Shown: positions 63,210 to 64,000 of the stretch, piece after piece | How the letters are laid out: each line of letters starts with the position of its first letter | Position numbering within the stretch: the stretch's first letter is position 1 | Assembly (NCBI RefSeq): GCF_963921235.1 | Contig: NC_086109.1 | Location: forward strand, 32,986,001 to 33,050,000 | DNA from: Mobula hypostoma | Lineage: Eukaryota | Reading direction: 5' to 3' | Length of the DNA stretch: 64,000 bases | The notes under the pieces: generated by a model | What the model saw: only the letters and a program-made list of their open reading frames with translations | What the model was told of the DNA's origin: nothing | Database searches by the model: none | Position numbers and translations under genes: made by a program

Positions 63210-64000
63210 AAGCTCTTTAGTTAAAGGGATGCCACTCAACCTACTTTCAATCTATGGGGGAACATTCTACCAGACTTACAAAAAAATCATTCCTTCTTGT
63301 ACTGTAGAAGCACATTCTGCATTAATTGTGATAAGAATTTGGACTGAATGTGAGGGCCATGTATGAGGCTTTGTCTCTCAGACCTCACGTTGCATCACAT
63401 TTATGGAGGAAGAAGAACCGTTTACTGTAGTGGAAACTAGACAGATCAGCAGAGAAATTTGATAATACTGTAATTCAAGTCTAATCCATCCTTGAAACTG
63501 TTTAACTCTGATGCATATCTGAGTCCTTCTCTAGAACTCTAGGATGCTGTGTTTTAGTTTTTAAGTAACCACTTTTCATTAACAAGGGTCTGTACATCCA
63601 ATATTGAAACTTACTGCATGGAAGGGGGCTATTCTGTTCATTGGGTCCATGTTCTCTTTTCACAGATGCCGACTGACCCATTAAGTGTTTCCAGCACTTT
63701 CTGTTTTTTTTAAAACTTAGATTTCCAGCATCTACAGTGTTTTTCATTACCATGTGAAAATCTTGGGAGTCTGCCTGTTGCATTGTGAGCAGTTTTGTGC
63801 CCCATTTCTGGGAAAGGATGTGCTGGCATTGGAGAGAGTATGGCGGAAGCTTACGACTGTGATCTCAGGAACGGAAGGGTAAACTCAGGAGAAGCATTCG
63901 ATGGCTCTGGACCTGTACTCGAAGGAGTTTAAAAGAATGAGGGGAGGGATCTCATTAAAACATACAAAATACTGAAAGGCCCAGACAGAGTGGACGTGTA

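Overview
This is vertebrate genomic DNA, not prokaryotic. The repeat mix (CR1, Rex1/Babar, RTE, Penelope-like elements, V-SINE-like SINEs, Tc1, hAT, Harbinger, Gypsy relics) suggests a cartilaginous fish, probably a ray; that assignment is inference. The only confidently recognisable host gene is exon 1 of a leiomodin-1 (LMOD1)-like gene on the minus strand (ATG at 1715). It carries a frameshift and has lost its GT splice donor, so it looks pseudogenised. The remaining ~62 kb is upstream or intergenic DNA dominated by nested transposable-element fossils, and almost every ORF in the supplied track is TE-derived or spurious. The most interesting signal is at RNA level. At least 8 recognisable minimal hammerhead ribozymes lie in Penelope pseudo-LTRs. 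One TSD-flanked 332-bp mini-element (35947-36278) starts 1 nt from the predicted ribozyme cleavage site and has a 266-nt cleavage-to-cleavage unit, resembling a nascent retrozyme. Other observations: twin-primed inverted Penelope insertions with 14-bp TSDs, HDV-like pseudoknot candidates at the 5' ends of RTE-type short elements, and a hAT relic with a 6-7 bp TSD. TE family names come from my recognition of motifs, not from database searches, and boundaries of old elements are approximate.
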